From Phyllobates terribilis (Eukaryota): DNA of 64,000 bases. The stretch is from positions 199,330,001 through 199,394,000 of the forward strand of contig NW_027362765.1 in assembly GCF_046119375.1 (NCBI RefSeq). The letters run 5' to 3'. The translations under genes and the position numbers were made by a program. Numbering within the stretch: position 1 is the stretch's first letter; each line of letters starts with the position of its first letter. Shown here in pieces: positions 49,893 through 62,697 of the stretch. The notes beneath the pieces were generated by a model that was not told where the DNA came from, made no database searches, and was given only the letters and a program-made list of their open reading frames with translations.

Positions 49893-51510
49893 TACACTAA
49901 ATGGACAGTTAGGATACCTACAGGACCTTTTTTTTTTTTTTTTAACATCCTATTCTAAATCCATAGGCATTAATATGGAATTGGTCCCCATGTGCGGCTA
50001 TTACAGCTTCCACTCTTCTGGGAAGGCTTTCTCCAAGATTTTGAAGGTGTCTGTGGGAATTTTTGCCCATTCATCCAGAAGAACATTTGTGAGTTCAGAT
50101 ACTGAGATGTTGGATAAGAGGTCCTGTTGCACAGTCTCTGTTTAGTTCGTTACAAAGGCTTTGGATGGGGTTGAAGTCAAGCTTTTGTGTGGGCCAGTCA
50201 AATTCTTCTACATCAAGCACACCCAACCATGCCTTAACCATGAGTTACATTATGGGTTGAATTAGATGGACTTGTATCTTCTTTCAATCTTAAAACTATG
50301 AAATAGAAAATAGGCTGTCCCAAATAGTTCTCATAAAGCTTGAAGCAATGGTATACTGAAGAATTAAGATTTTCCTTCTCTAGAACTAAGGGGCCTAAGC
50401 CAATCCTCTACAAACAACCTTATGTTATTATCCCTCCTCCACCAAACTTTAGTTACTGACATTTGTGAAACTCATTAGTTTATCAGACTTCCAGTTCAGT
50501 GGTGATGTACTGTACACCACTCCATCTGATGCTTGGTATTTTCCTTGGTGATGTAAGGCTTCAGTGTAGATGTTTAGCCATGGAACCCCATACCATGATG
50601 CTGCCAGCAGACAGTTTTTATGCAGATGTTAAAAGGGACTGTAGCACAACATAACTGTTCAAACCACGTACAGGTGCTTGGTGCACCCTTTCAGTGGCCA
50701 GACATTTAAGTGCACCTTTCCACTTACTTGTTTTCCATCTCTCTCTGACAGCTCTGGCTTTATAGAGCCAAAGAACAGGCAATCAAAGTAGGAGGGGTTG
50801 AGATAGAGGGAAAATAAGTATGGAGGAAGGTGCATTAAACTCTTTAGACTATGACTAAGGGCACTTTGTCGGCCAGAAACGAGTCAGTCTGTTACTCATG
50901 GCAAACAGCTCTTACATCTTTTTAAAGGAATTCTCATAATGAAGATTTGATATTTTAAGCAAAGTGGATGTGCTATTCTCCCTTTCTAAATCTATATTAG
51001 GTGGGAAGGTGCACTTAACTTTTTAGCCACACCAAGAGAGCATGGAGCATTCGTGCTTGATATGAACCATCATCTTGTGTCGAGATCTCCCTTTAATGTC
51101 AGAAGAGGTTTTGAGCTCTGCAGTTATTGAGTCAGCAGGGATTTGCCACATTTCTCACACTATGCGCCATAGCACTTGGCAAACCAGCTATAACTTTAGG
51201 TGGTCTGCTAATTTCTAACTGTGGGTACTAAACGCTTCTACTTTTCAATAAAACCACTCACAGTTGATTGTGGAATATTTACCAGAGAAGAAAGTTCACA
51301 AACTGACTTGTCACAATGGTGGCATCTTATTACTGAAGCATGGTAAAACTCACTGAGCTCTTTAAAACGAGCCATTTTTGTTCAGGTTGCTAAAGGCAGA
51401 CTGCATGGCCAGGGTCTGGATTTTATAGACCTTTGGCAATAGGACCGAATGAAAAACACAAATTCAATGATTAAGACGTGTTGTCCCAATATATTCATCC
51501 CTATTGTGTC
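49893..51510 (-). mobile_element. Old degenerate Tc1 remnant with a nested MITE (about 50630-51095)
   Basis: Tc1-like terminal sequences and recognisable transposase-like tracts. No ORF remains. Confidence 0.5.
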
Positions 51511-52304
51511 TGTGATCTGAAATTAGCATTTTATTTTCTGCATCCATCCACAACTATAATGAAGAAGTAGGTCAATGTCCTACATGAGTTCCATTATTTT
51601 GAAGTGACCATGTGCTCCCCCCCCCCAGCCCCCCAAAGGTGGATCAATAATATCTGTTTAATAGCATTTCCACTCTATTTGTTCATAACAACTCGAGGCC
51701 GGAGAAGAAAATATTACTCAATATAATTTAGCCAGTTCTTCTAATGTAACACTTCTTAATTGTGATGATTGAGTTAAAACTTGAGACTGTCACATTTCTT
51801 GGCTAGTAAATAACGGCTGTCAATTATACAATCGATTTCACAAAGTGTACAAAGTCGTTGGCCTATAGTGTAAGACCAAAGCGAACCTTCACCCTCTATC
51901 TGATTCAGGTTTAAATAATCTTTTGTCTACATTTTACAAAAATTCTACATTTAGTTTTACACTTTAAGCGATGACTCAATTTTGCATTCTATGAAATGGC
52001 AAGTAAATGTAGAAGTCAAATGGCTGCTGTAACTAATGGCTAGACGTATATAGGGCATAAATGAGTATTGGAAAATGTTTACAAAGGTCCAATTGCCAGT
52101 ACTTTAGCGACAAAGAAACCATTATTATCATGGGATCCATGTCCAGGGTTTAACATCTACCTGTACTGGAATATAAATTGGGCTGTGAAGCAACATGGCA
52201 CATTATTATAATGTTTATCATACAGCGAGAAGATATAGCAAGACCATGATACAAAGGTTGGCCACCAAGTAGAAGATCAGCAAGAGCAATGCTTGATCGT
52301 TTTT

Positions 52305-53021
52305 CTAAATGTGGACTCTCTGATGGGCAACAAGGTGGGAGCTGTGATTAAATGTTTTTCCGCATGTAACACAAGCATAAGGCTTCTCTCCTGAATGTGC
52401 CCTCTGATGAATGACCAGATTTGAGCGGTGAGTGAAGCTTTTTCCACAGTCAGTACAGTCATAAGGTCTTTCTCCTGTATGAACCCTCTGGTGGGTCACC
52501 AAGTTGGAGCTGATGCTGAATTTTTTCCCACACTCTCCACAGCTGTAAGGCCTTTCTCCTGTGTGCACCCGCTGGTGGGTCACCGCGTTTGAGCTAGTAC
52601 TGAAGCTCTTCCCGCAATCCATACACATGTAGGGTCTGGACCCAGTGTGAACTCGGAAGTGAGTTACCAAATTGGATTTCTGGGCAAAACTCTTCTGACA
52701 CATAGCGCATGTGTAAGGTTTGTTTTTTTCAATGGCCTGACCTTGAAGGTCACAATCAAAGTTATCTACTTCATTTTTCACTTTGGCTTTTCCCGATGAT
52801 GGCTTTGTTCGACCATTTCTTTGACTACTTAATAGTGGACAACCTTGTGCTTCTTTTGTTTTACCTGAGAGGTTTTGGGTTACATTCTGATCTTTTGTCT
52901 TTTTACTGTCAGACTTAAGATTTGTGGTTCCGTTGGATTTAGTCACTTTGGATGAACTTCTTATCTTCTTTGATTTAGACTTCCCCCAGTTCATTTGGGT
53001 CTCATAATCAGATGCTTCCAT
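52305..53021 (-). CDS. C2H2 zinc-finger protein with 5 fingers (XlCOF/XlCGF-like), 238 aa
   Basis: Five CxxC-x12-HxxxH units with TGERPY/SGEKPY linkers and a Lys-rich N-terminus. Splice acceptor at 53077 with in-frame stops before the ATG. Confidence 0.88.
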   Translation of the reverse strand: MEASDYETQMNWGKSKSKKIRSSSKVTKSNGTTNLKSDSKKTKDQNVTQNLSGKTKEAQGCPLLSSQRNGRTKPSSGKAKVKNEVDNFDCDLQGQAIEKNKPYTCAMCQKSFAQKSNLVTHFRVHTGSRPYMCMDCGKSFSTSSNAVTHQRVHTGERPYSCGECGKKFSISSNLVTHQRVHTGERPYDCTDCGKSFTHRSNLVIHQRAHSGEKPYACVTCGKTFNHSSHLVAHQRVHI

Positions 53022-54217
53022 TTTTTATGACCAGTGGAAATGAGAGATCCAATGTCATCCAGCAAAGATTCCTAAGACTGAAAAACAGGAGACAGAAGAT
53101 AAGAAGCAGTCAACAATACTAATGAGATGAAGTCTATGAAGCTCTGTGCACTGCAGGGCTGTAGTTTCTGTTATAAATGGTGCTCGATCATTACACATCG
53201 GCAGCTGCGACTTTTAACGATATCCATCTTTTAGCATGGGGCACCATTTTAAAAGATGGAATATTCAACACAGATGTGAACACAACCTTAAATGTATTAT
53301 TCCCCCATGTAAAACAGGCCATACAAGCTCTAAAAGAACAAACATTTTACAAATATAATGTATATTTCATAGAAGTGAAATGTCAGAATTTGTTAGGGGG
53401 AATCTAAAAACCGATTTACATTGGCCAATTAACAACAGTTCTTATATTTTATCAGTCCATTGTAAAAGGGCCTTTAGACTCCCCGAACAAATTCTTACCA
53501 TTGACCGATAGGGAATTTACATCATATTTGTAAAATCGTGGTGCAGACATGCCGCCAATCAGCCGACAAGAGAGCAAAAAGCTCGTTCTTCAGTTAATCG
53601 TTGTCGACATCACATTGCTCAGTGATAACAAGGGATGTGCTGCCGAATAGCAGCATGCTGTATGGAGAAGAATGATGATATTAATGATACGCACACTGTT
53701 GCATCGACCATTAAAGAATTTCTGATTAACCTGTATATAGTTGATTGGCGCTTATTAATGGTCAGATATCGACCCGGGTAAATGTGCCATCAGGCTGTGT
53801 TCAAATCATGTTCTATGTATGCAAAGGGAGAGCTCCAGGTGCATGATCTGTATGTGTTGAAAGGGTCACATGAACCAACATTTCCTGACCAAGTAATGGT
53901 TGGTCAGCATTTGTTTTACTGTATAGATTAACATAGCAGACTAAACTGCTCTATTCAGAGCATCCAGTAGGAAAATATAGAGCACTTTTTCTCCATGGCA
54001 CCCCATTGGCGACGTACGCCCTGAGAAAAACTACAGATATTTACCTCTGACATAATGCTCTAATGTGAACAGAACAACGACCTCTCCCGTTCTTACTCTG
54101 AACTGATGGCTCACTCACCAGGTGGGAAGGGGACTCTCAGTCCTCACGCAGGTCCGGTTCTGTATCTGACATTCATGGCTTAACCTACGCTATAAATTGT
54201 TGGGATTAGCAATTCAA

Positions 54218-55125
54218 GGCTATGTGCCCACGATGCAGAAACGCTCCAGCTTTTTTCCTGAGCGTTTCTGCATCTCCCTGGCAGAAAAAAAACGCATGCG
54301 GATTGTACATGCGGATTGTACATGCGTTTTTCCTGCCAGGGACAAGCGGATGTGAAGCGTTCTTCACTTGCATTTCCACATGCGGGTTGGCAAGCACTTT
54401 CCAAGCGATTTTAGCATCACTTGGAAAGTGCTTGTCAACTTGGTCACACTATATAAATCCATGCAAACGGGATGGATTTATATAGTGTGACCGAAAGAAT
54501 GGTAAAAAATAAATATATACTTACCTTCTGATGGCCCCCGGAGTCCTTGTCTTGGCTTGCCGGCAGCTCGCGGTAGATTTAAGGACCTGCCGACGTCAGT
54601 GGTCACGTGACCCGTCACATGACATCAGCGCAGGCCCTTTAGTCTACCGCGAGCTGCTGGCAAGCCAAGGACTNNNNNNNNNNNNNNNNNNNNNNNNNNN
54701 NNNNNNNNNNNNNNNNNNNNNNNNNNNNNNNNNNNNNNNNNNNNNNNNNNNNNNNNNNNNNNNNNNNNNNNNNNNNNNNNNNNNNNNNNNNNNNNNNNNN
54801 NNNNNNNNNNNNNNGAGGAGCCTCTCCTCCAGACCTGGGTACCATCCGCTTATTGAAACGCTTGGATTCCGCATGTACAGATGCAGTGATGCGGAATCCA
54901 AGCGTTCCAATGAAAATCAATGGCGGCGAAAACGTAGCACTTCCGCAAAATAATTGGTAGTGCTGATTTTTTTCTGCAATGATAATCCGCAGCAGAAATT
55001 TCCGCAGCATGTGCACAGCACATGCGGATTATCATTGGGGAACATGGCAGACCTGCTACCAAGCGTTTCTGCAGCGGAATTGCTGCTGCGGAAACGCTTA
55101 GAAAACACATAGTGGGCACACAGCC
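54218..55125. mobile_element. Harbinger-type MITE spanning an assembly gap
   Basis: GGCTATGTGCCCAC...GTGGGCACACAGCC, body shared with 29820-30660. Confidence 0.8.
54674..54814. other. Assembly gap (141 N)
   Basis: Run of N. Confidence 0.98.
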
Positions 55126-55856
55126 TAAAGGGGTTTTTGTATTAAGGTTATTAGAGAAGCAGTGATTGGACAGCTACACTCACTGTAAGGCTATGTTCAC
55201 ACATGTTGGGGTTTTCAGCGTTTATTGCTGCAGATTTTTATGCAGATTTTCAGCTGCGTTTTGCAGTACCAGCAAAGTCTATGAGAAACCAGAATTCTCT
55301 GGTCACACATCATGTTTTGTTTTTTTTTTGTTGCGTATTTTGTGCCTTGGTTGGGTTTTGGAAAATAGAGCATGTCACTTCTTTCAGCATTTTTTTACCT
55401 ATAGGAAGTAATCGGTGGTGAAAAAACGCACCAAAATTTGCATCAGCGTTTTTAATGGTAAAATATAATTTTTTTTCTCCACAGAACTGTATGTACATGC
55501 ATAAATAGAGACAGGAGGACAATGAAAAAAAACGCATCAAAAAACACATTTTTGACGCAGCTGATTTCCTGGAGATTTGTGATGCTGAGAAACACAACAT
55601 ATGTGAACATAGCCTAAGGCATGTTCACAGTATTTGGTCAGTATTTTACATCAGTATTGGTAAAGAAAATTCAGGAGGTGAAATACTTTTCCTCTGACTG
55701 TTCCATCCCTGATTTTGACTTATAAATACTGATGTAAAATACTGAACGTGTCCCAAAGCCAAGTTCACACAAACATATTTTCGATCCAAGTGCTGTCCAT
55801 GTAAAAACTGACATCCCTACGACCAATTTTACACAATCAGGCTCTTCAGATGAGCA

Positions 55857-55892
<36 letters not shown>

Positions 55893-57045
55893 AGCCAACT
55901 CTGTGTGTGGGGGGAGAGATAAATGAAAATCGGAACAAGCATTCGTTTTTTTCCATATGTCAGATGAGACTTGCCTATTCAAGGCTATGGATGTGCAAAC
56001 AAAAAAACAACATATGATCAGCCGTATAGCATCCCATTTTTACAGCTACATTGCAATTCATTGGAACTGCTTTATAGACCCACAAATTTCTGCAATAAAT
56101 CGGACACATATGGATATGCCCTATAGAAAGTTCTACACACAGTGGATTTACAAATCTGGGGCAAAAAGCAAAGGCAAATTCAGTCATGGAACTCACCCGA
56201 TGCATTTCAAGGGTTAAAAAGTTGACATGTTGCGGACTGGAAACCAGTACCACATGTCAATGTTTTGCATGGATTTGACTAGGTATGTTTGACTAGTGAT
56301 TTTGACTCCTTACGCCGCACTGTATAAGGGTCTCCTCTAATATGTATAAATAAATATAATAAATGTCACATATACGGGGGTCCGCCAGCTGGGTGCTCAG
56401 TGCTGAGAACAAAGACAGGAAGATCATTGCACCGGCTGTCATTGAGCTCAATGGGAGTTATTGAAATGTCTGGGGAGGAGTAGGATAGTCAGAGCTTGAG
56501 GAAAGTTGGGTGCCTACCACCAGCCCCCACTTAGCTTTCCCTTATATACGGGTGATATAAGACCAGTTCTGGATTGTCCACCGTATGAAGCCACATTTGT
56601 ATCGTCCGATCACCACCATAGACGAGACATCAGTGTGGAGGAGGGGTGGGGGTACAGAGGAGATGTAGAACTGTCAGTAAATAAGGTTATTTATTTATTT
56701 TGGGGGGTACAATATTGCCATACTCTCAGTGGACCCCTTTGATGCCCATATCAATATAACACCCCACTACTGATTGTGCCCATCCCCCACATTCTAATTA
56801 CTGCACAGCCTGCCCACACTGACCATTACCACCGTCCTGCTATACTCAGTGCAGGGACATAAGATGGAGGAGACAGCGAGCACAATGGCCACCCAGCCCA
56901 GCAGCTGCACACACGCCGGCATCTCCCTGTCCCATGTCCACCTCCAGGATGACAGTCCTACCTGCCGCTCAGGAACCAGCCTTTTGTGTATGCGCTCACA
57001 TAGCAGAAGGACTGAAGCTGCCAATTAGAAGGCTGGCCGCGCAAG

Positions 57046-57220
57046 GCATTCTGGGACGCGTAGTCTTTTCGTTCCTGAAAATCAGAGATGAGGACTACAA
57101 CTACCAGACGTCTGAGGAAATGGGAGAAAGGGGATGGATGAGGTGCAGCCAATCAGAGAGCGCCGCCTCCTTCACGTTCACGATACGCTGCGCTAATAAA
57201 ACTCTGCTGCCACCTAGTGG
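57046..57220 (-). promoter_or_regulatory. Housekeeping-type promoter, probably of the ZNF gene: ZNF143/SBS motifs, CCAAT box and CTCF site
   Basis: GACTACGCGTCCCAGAATGC (57046-57065, minus), GGACTACAACTACCAGA (57092-57108), CCAAT (57149), CCACTAGGTGGCAG (57207-57220, minus), and a CAG|GTAGGA donor near 56963. Confidence 0.6.
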
Positions 57221-57520
57221 TGAGTTGTCATCTATGCTCTGCAGACAGAAGCAGTACAGGAGGGGAGGGGATTAGTGTTTGCAGCCATGGGGCTTACTTT
57301 GTGGCTGCAGTTTGATGTTCTAATGTTACATGGCAACAAAATGCTGCCTGTAAGACAATGCGGTAATGTTATACTACAAGCTGCATATTGTGACACGTTT
57401 TCACAATTTTGGTGTTTTTTGGGTCCCTGGAGGTTCCCCCAACACACAGCATGTGTAGCATTTATTTAGTGTTAGCATAGGCTTATTTATAAGCAATGTA
57501 AATATATGAGGGCAACAGAA

Positions 57521-57763
57521 CTTGGGGTCCTGGGTTCAAATCCCACCAAGGACAATATCTGCAAGGAGTTTGTATGTTCTCCCCGTATTTGTGTGGGTTT
57601 TCTCCGGGTTCTCCGGTTTCCTCCCACACTCCAAAGACATACTGATAGGGAATCTAGATTGTGAGCCCCAATGGGGACAGTGATGATAATGTCTGTAAGT
57701 TGTCTGAATTGTAAAGCGCTGCGGAATATGTTGGCGCTATATAAATAAAAAGATTATTATTAT
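57521..57763 (+). mobile_element. 5'-truncated SINE
   Basis: B box, body and (ATT)n tail of the same family. Confidence 0.85.
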
Positions 57764-57795
57764 GGGATAAGTGGGGATAACATGCTGATTGCCGG

Positions 57796-58811
57796 TGACG
57801 TGCCCCCTGGGTCGTGCGTGTAGGGGAATACCCGGAGCCGGGTCTCTGTGTAATGCTGGGGGTTGTAGTCTCCGTGGCAGTGACCCGGTCCCGTGGCTCA
57901 GGGTGGTCAAACCAGTGGCGGATCTGTTTCTTTGGTTTTGTAATGTTTGAATGTCCGACTACGCCACCTGTGGATTGCAGTCACTGAGAACCGCCGCTGC
58001 GGGGCAGACCGCTGAGGCTGATGTTGTGTGCGCAGCAGAGGGTAGTATAACTCCCCACGGGAGGAGTATAGCCTCAGGGCAGCGTCTATAGATGGTGTGG
58101 GTTGTGGTGCGTGGGCGCCGCAGAAATGACTCAGAGTCCGTGCAGTGCAGTTCAGGGTCTTTACTGTTGGTAATGAAGAAGGCCCTGCCGGGAGTACTGG
58201 CTAACATTAGAGGCCTGGTCAGTCTGTGAGCGAACAAGAGTCCCCCTGGCCAGGTGGAGGTGTAGGCCTTCCCGTCTGACTGCACTCTTCCTGGCTACCC
58301 TGCTGTAGTCGTGTAGTAGCCCACGTCCCTGAGTGTACCGTGTGGTGCTCACCCGTATGGCTGGTGACTTGGGGCCTTTGGTTCCTTCTGCTCCTCGATG
58401 GCGGTGCCGTTCCCTTGCGTGTGACTGAGCCTCCGGGCTTTCTATGGCCCCAGGACCAGAAATCCCCTGCCAGGTGGTTTCTGCTGCTGAATGTAGATAT
58501 CCTCACAGCCTCGAACTCCAGTGTCCGGTTCTCTGCGTCTTTCTGCCAGGACGAGCTCTGCTGCTCCAGTCCCTGGTCTTCAGCTCCTGGCTCCTACAGA
58601 GCTCTTTGCTGCTGCTCTGTCCCTTCCTCTGGAACTAGACTCAACTACCTAACCCCGCCCCAGATCCAGTTTATAAAGGGCAGGTCCCTCCCCTCCCTGG
58701 ACTGGGGCAGGAGGTGTGGCATGCAATAATGCTCCTGACCAGGAAAACCCATGCTCGCTCTCAGACATGGTATTTCTACCACTGTGGCTACCAGACCCTT
58801 GGGGTGCCACA
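57796..58811 (-). repeat. 3' LTR, related in U5 to the LTRs of 2912-7674
   Basis: Shared blocks TGACG.GCCCCCTGGG, GGGGGTTGTAGTCTCCG, CGACTACGCCACC, CTGAGGCT..AGCCTCAG, GACTCAGAGTC and CAGTTCAGGG..TTTACT. Confidence 0.88.
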
Positions 58812-59649
58812 TTCCCCCCTAGTAAATTTTAGTACTCCGGGACTAAACACATTTTATGAAAGCATACATAACAGGGTATAAACAATAACACAACAACATA
58901 TGTACAAGAAGTTTAGTTTTTATAGGTCACAGCGCTTCCGTAACCAGGTGTCCATGTCACCCAAGATGTATTTTGAGGGACCCGTCCCAAACCCTCCACG
59001 TAGGCCCTGGGGTGGCTACAGGGCATCGATGATCCTGCGTTGGACCACGTCTTCAGCCACCTCCACGGGTTTTTGTTCTGTGGTCTGGCACAAAAGGACA
59101 CTTAACAGGTGCAACTATTTACAAGGTACAGTTCCGGTTATTCATTGTCCATAACCTGTTAGTCCATAAACCCTGTCGGGTAACTAGAGAAACAGAATTA
59201 GTATTCAGGTAACAAACATGAAACATTTCAACAGTGGCAATATACAGGTATATATATCACATTTAAATTCTCCAGCGAGCGGGCATTTGACCTCTAGTGC
59301 TCCTGGTGGACCTACGTAACACACTATCTGGTGGTGTACTTTCTGGGTCCCCTGTTTGTACCCCTTGTGTAGTGAGCTCGCTAGTGTCTGCACTACAGGT
59401 ATTTGGAGATGTTATGGGCAGACTGGGCAGCTTTCTGCGTACTCTTTGGCTTACCACAGGCACGGCAGGCTCACTACTAGCAGAGGGTTGATTCTCCTGG
59501 GCTGCTGGTATGGAATCTTCTGCCTCCGGGGCCGGTTGCTCTCCCAACACTACTTGCTCTTCTGTAGGCCCTTGAGGGGCTGGCTGGAGAAAGGTTAGGA
59601 CGGGTATCACAATAGCGTTGTTAATTTGTGTCCAGGACCGGGGAAATTC

Positions 59650-62600
59650 TCAGAGTACTATACTGAGCATTTCTTCCCTTTCCTCTGCAGGTTTAGGGCT
59701 ATCTTGGTCTTCATCAGTGCTTTGCAGCTGCTCGGGACACTTCTTCAGGTGGTCTCTGCAGACAGTGGCTGTGGTCTCTCCTCCATCCTTACTGATAACG
59801 CATACTTTCGGATTTTCATGGCTTGATGGCAGTACTGTGTACGGTTCCTTCTCCCACTGGTCATCCAACTTATGGAGCCGCCTCTTCCTCTTCAAGACCT
59901 GCTCTCCAGGTGCCAGAGGAGCAGCGGGAGCATGCTGGTTATAAGTCCTCTCTTGCCTTTCTCTTGCTTGAGACAGACTTCTCTCAACACTCTCCTGCAC
60001 TTTCCTGTACTGCTGCTGCCGTTCTGTATCCCAGTCTGCCTCTGGCGAGGTGTCCTCGGGCGCCAGGACTCCCATATCCAGGTCAATAGGCAGCTTACCA
60101 GGTCTTGCTCTCATTAGGTAAGCCGGGGTGCAGTTGGTGGAATTTACTGGGATGTGGTTATACAAGTCCACCAGATCAGGCAGTTTCTCAGGCCACAGAC
60201 TGCGTTCTTCCAGGGGCAACGTTTTCAGCAAGTCTATCACCACCTGGTTCATCTTCTCGCATAATCCGTTGGTTTGGGGGTGATAGAGCGTTGTCCTTAT
60301 CTTCTTGCAGCCATACAGGTTGCAGAACTCCTGGAAGACCTCCGCTTCGAAGGCTGGACCTTGGTCAGTCAACACTTGCTCGAGATACCCGTGTGGACGG
60401 CAGAAGTGCTGCTGGAAGGCTCTAGCTGCTGTCTGAGCTGTTAAGTCCTTGACAGGGACCACCACCAGGAACCGGGAGTAGTGGTCTAAGATGGTGAGGG
60501 TGTAGACGTACCCGGATCTACTTGGAGCCAGCTTCACATGGTCCAGGGCTACCAGTTCTAGTGGCTGCTTGGTGATGATGGACTGCAGAGGAGTCTTCTG
60601 GCTGGCACGGTCCTTTCTTCTCGGGTTGCACAGGCCGCAGTCTCTGCACCATCTCTCAATGGCCCTTCTCATGCCTACCCAGAAGAACTGTTCACGCAAC
60701 AGGAACTCCAACTTCTTCCATCGAAAGTGCCCTGCCCCGTCGTGGTATGCCTCCAGGACCATAGCCGCATCTCGTCTCAGGACCACTACCTGCCAGGTCA
60801 GCTCATGTGTCCGGGAGTTGACAATTCTCCGGCACAGCTTCCCCTTGTAGAGAAACAGTTTACTCTTCTCCTTCCACATCTGTTTAGTTTCTTCCGGAGC
60901 GTCTGGGTCAAGGCGGGCATCAGCCTGTGTCAGCATCTCTTTTACCAGGTGGACGGCTGGGTCACTGTCTTGCGTCTCTGCCCAGCTGTGGTGGGGTAAG
61001 GGATGGAACGTGGCAGAGTGCCTGTCCCTTACACGGTGGGAACACTGGGTAATCCCACGACAGTGGAACGCAGGGAGTTCAATCTCTTCCAGTTCTTCTG
61101 GATCCTCCCCTCCGTCCGGCAAGTTCGGCATCCTGGACAGGGCGTCTGCGTTGGCATTTGTGCGTCCCGCCCGGTATTTGATGGTGAACTCATAGTTGGA
61201 TAGACGGGCCATCCATCTCTGCTCCAGGGCACCAAGTTTTGCAGTTTCCAGGTGTGTCAACGGGTTGTTGTCCGTGTACACGGTGAACTTGGAAGAGGCA
61301 AGGTAATGTTTAAAGCGCTCTGTCACTGCACATACCACCGCGAGGAACTCTAGCTTGAAGGAGCTGTAATTTTCAGGATTCCTTTCTGTGGGCCGGAGCT
61401 TCCTGCTAGCATAAGCGATTACCCGTTCTCTGCCCTGTTGGATCTGGGACAGCACCGCCCCTAGCCCGATGTTGCTCGCGTCTGTGTGGAGAATAAAAGG
61501 CTGGCCGTAATCAGGGTACGCCTGGATTTCATCCCCCGTGAGGGCCATCTTCAGCTGGCAGAAAGACTCATCCTCCAGCTTGTCCCATTTGAAGGGCGGC
61601 TTCTGGTTTTTGGCCTTCCTGGACTGGCCTATCAGGAGGTCCTGCATAGGGGCTGCCATTTTGATGAACCCGGAGATGAATCTTCGGTAGTGGCCTACCA
61701 ACCCGAGGAACTGCCGCACTTCCTTTATGCTGGAGGGTCTTGGCCAGTCCTTAATCACTGTGATCTTATCAGGGTCTGGAGCTACTCCGTCAGCACTCAC
61801 CACGTGTCCCAGGTACTGTACCTTTGGCTTCAGTATATGACACTTGGAGGGTTTCACCTTTAGGCCGTAGCCTGCCAGGGCGTCAAACACTTCTGCCAGG
61901 TGTCTGATCTTATCAGGGTCTGTAGCTACTCCGTCAGCACTCACCACGTGTCCCAGGTACTGTACCTTTGGCTTCAGTAGATGACACTTGGAGGGTTTCA
62001 CCTTTAGGCCGTAGCCTGCCAGGGCATCAAACACTTCTGCCAGGTGTCTCAGATGGTCCTCGTATGTTTTGGAACACACGATGACATCTTCCAGGTATAG
62101 CAGGACCGTCTCGAAATTCCTGTGCCCCAGGCAGCACTCCATCAACCGCTGGAAGGTCCCTGGTGCGTTGCAGAGCCCAAACGGCATACAGTTGAATTCG
62201 CTGAGACCCATTGGGGTGGTGAACGCGGTCTTCTTCTTGTCGGCCTCTGCTACAGGAACCTGCCAGTACCCGCTAGTAACATCCAAAGTGGAGAAGAAGT
62301 TAGCAGATTTTAATGCAGCTAAAGATTCCTCTATCCTTGGTAACGGGTACGCATCTTTGTGTGTAATACGGTTGACCTTCCTGTAGTCTACACACATTCT
62401 CATGGTGCCATCTTTCTTTTTCACAAGAACTAGTGGAGCTGCCCAGGGGCTACAGCTGTCCCTGATTACCCCAGCCTCCTTCATTTCTCGCAACATTCCC
62501 TTGGCATTCTGATAGTGTGTAGGGGGTACAGGTCGGTATCTTTCCTTTATGGGTGGATGGTCTCCCGTGGGGATGTGATGTTCTACCCCCTTTACTTGCC

Positions 62601-62697
62601 CAAAGTCTAGCGGGTGTTTGCTAAAAACTCTTTCGTACTCCTCAACCACCCGGTAGACTCCCTGTTTGTGGTGTGAGGGAGTGGAGTCGGTGCCCAC
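59650..62697 (-). pseudogene. Gypsy pol (RT, RNase H, integrase); upstream protease-region piece at 62710-63427 and IN tail at 59263-59610
   Basis: SPWAAP, RMCVDYR, MPFGL, YLED (mutated YxDD), DAS, TDNNPL, HHCC zinc finger, LTDQG..E. Stops or frameshifts lie on both sides. Confidence 0.9.
61762..62049. repeat. 144-bp in-frame tandem duplication in RT
   Basis: Two 48-aa units RHLAEVFD..DPDKI, with 3 differences noticed. Confidence 0.92.

Noticed and set aside
54531-55016. ORFs containing X runs
   Set aside because: Artefacts of translating across the N gap within a MITE.
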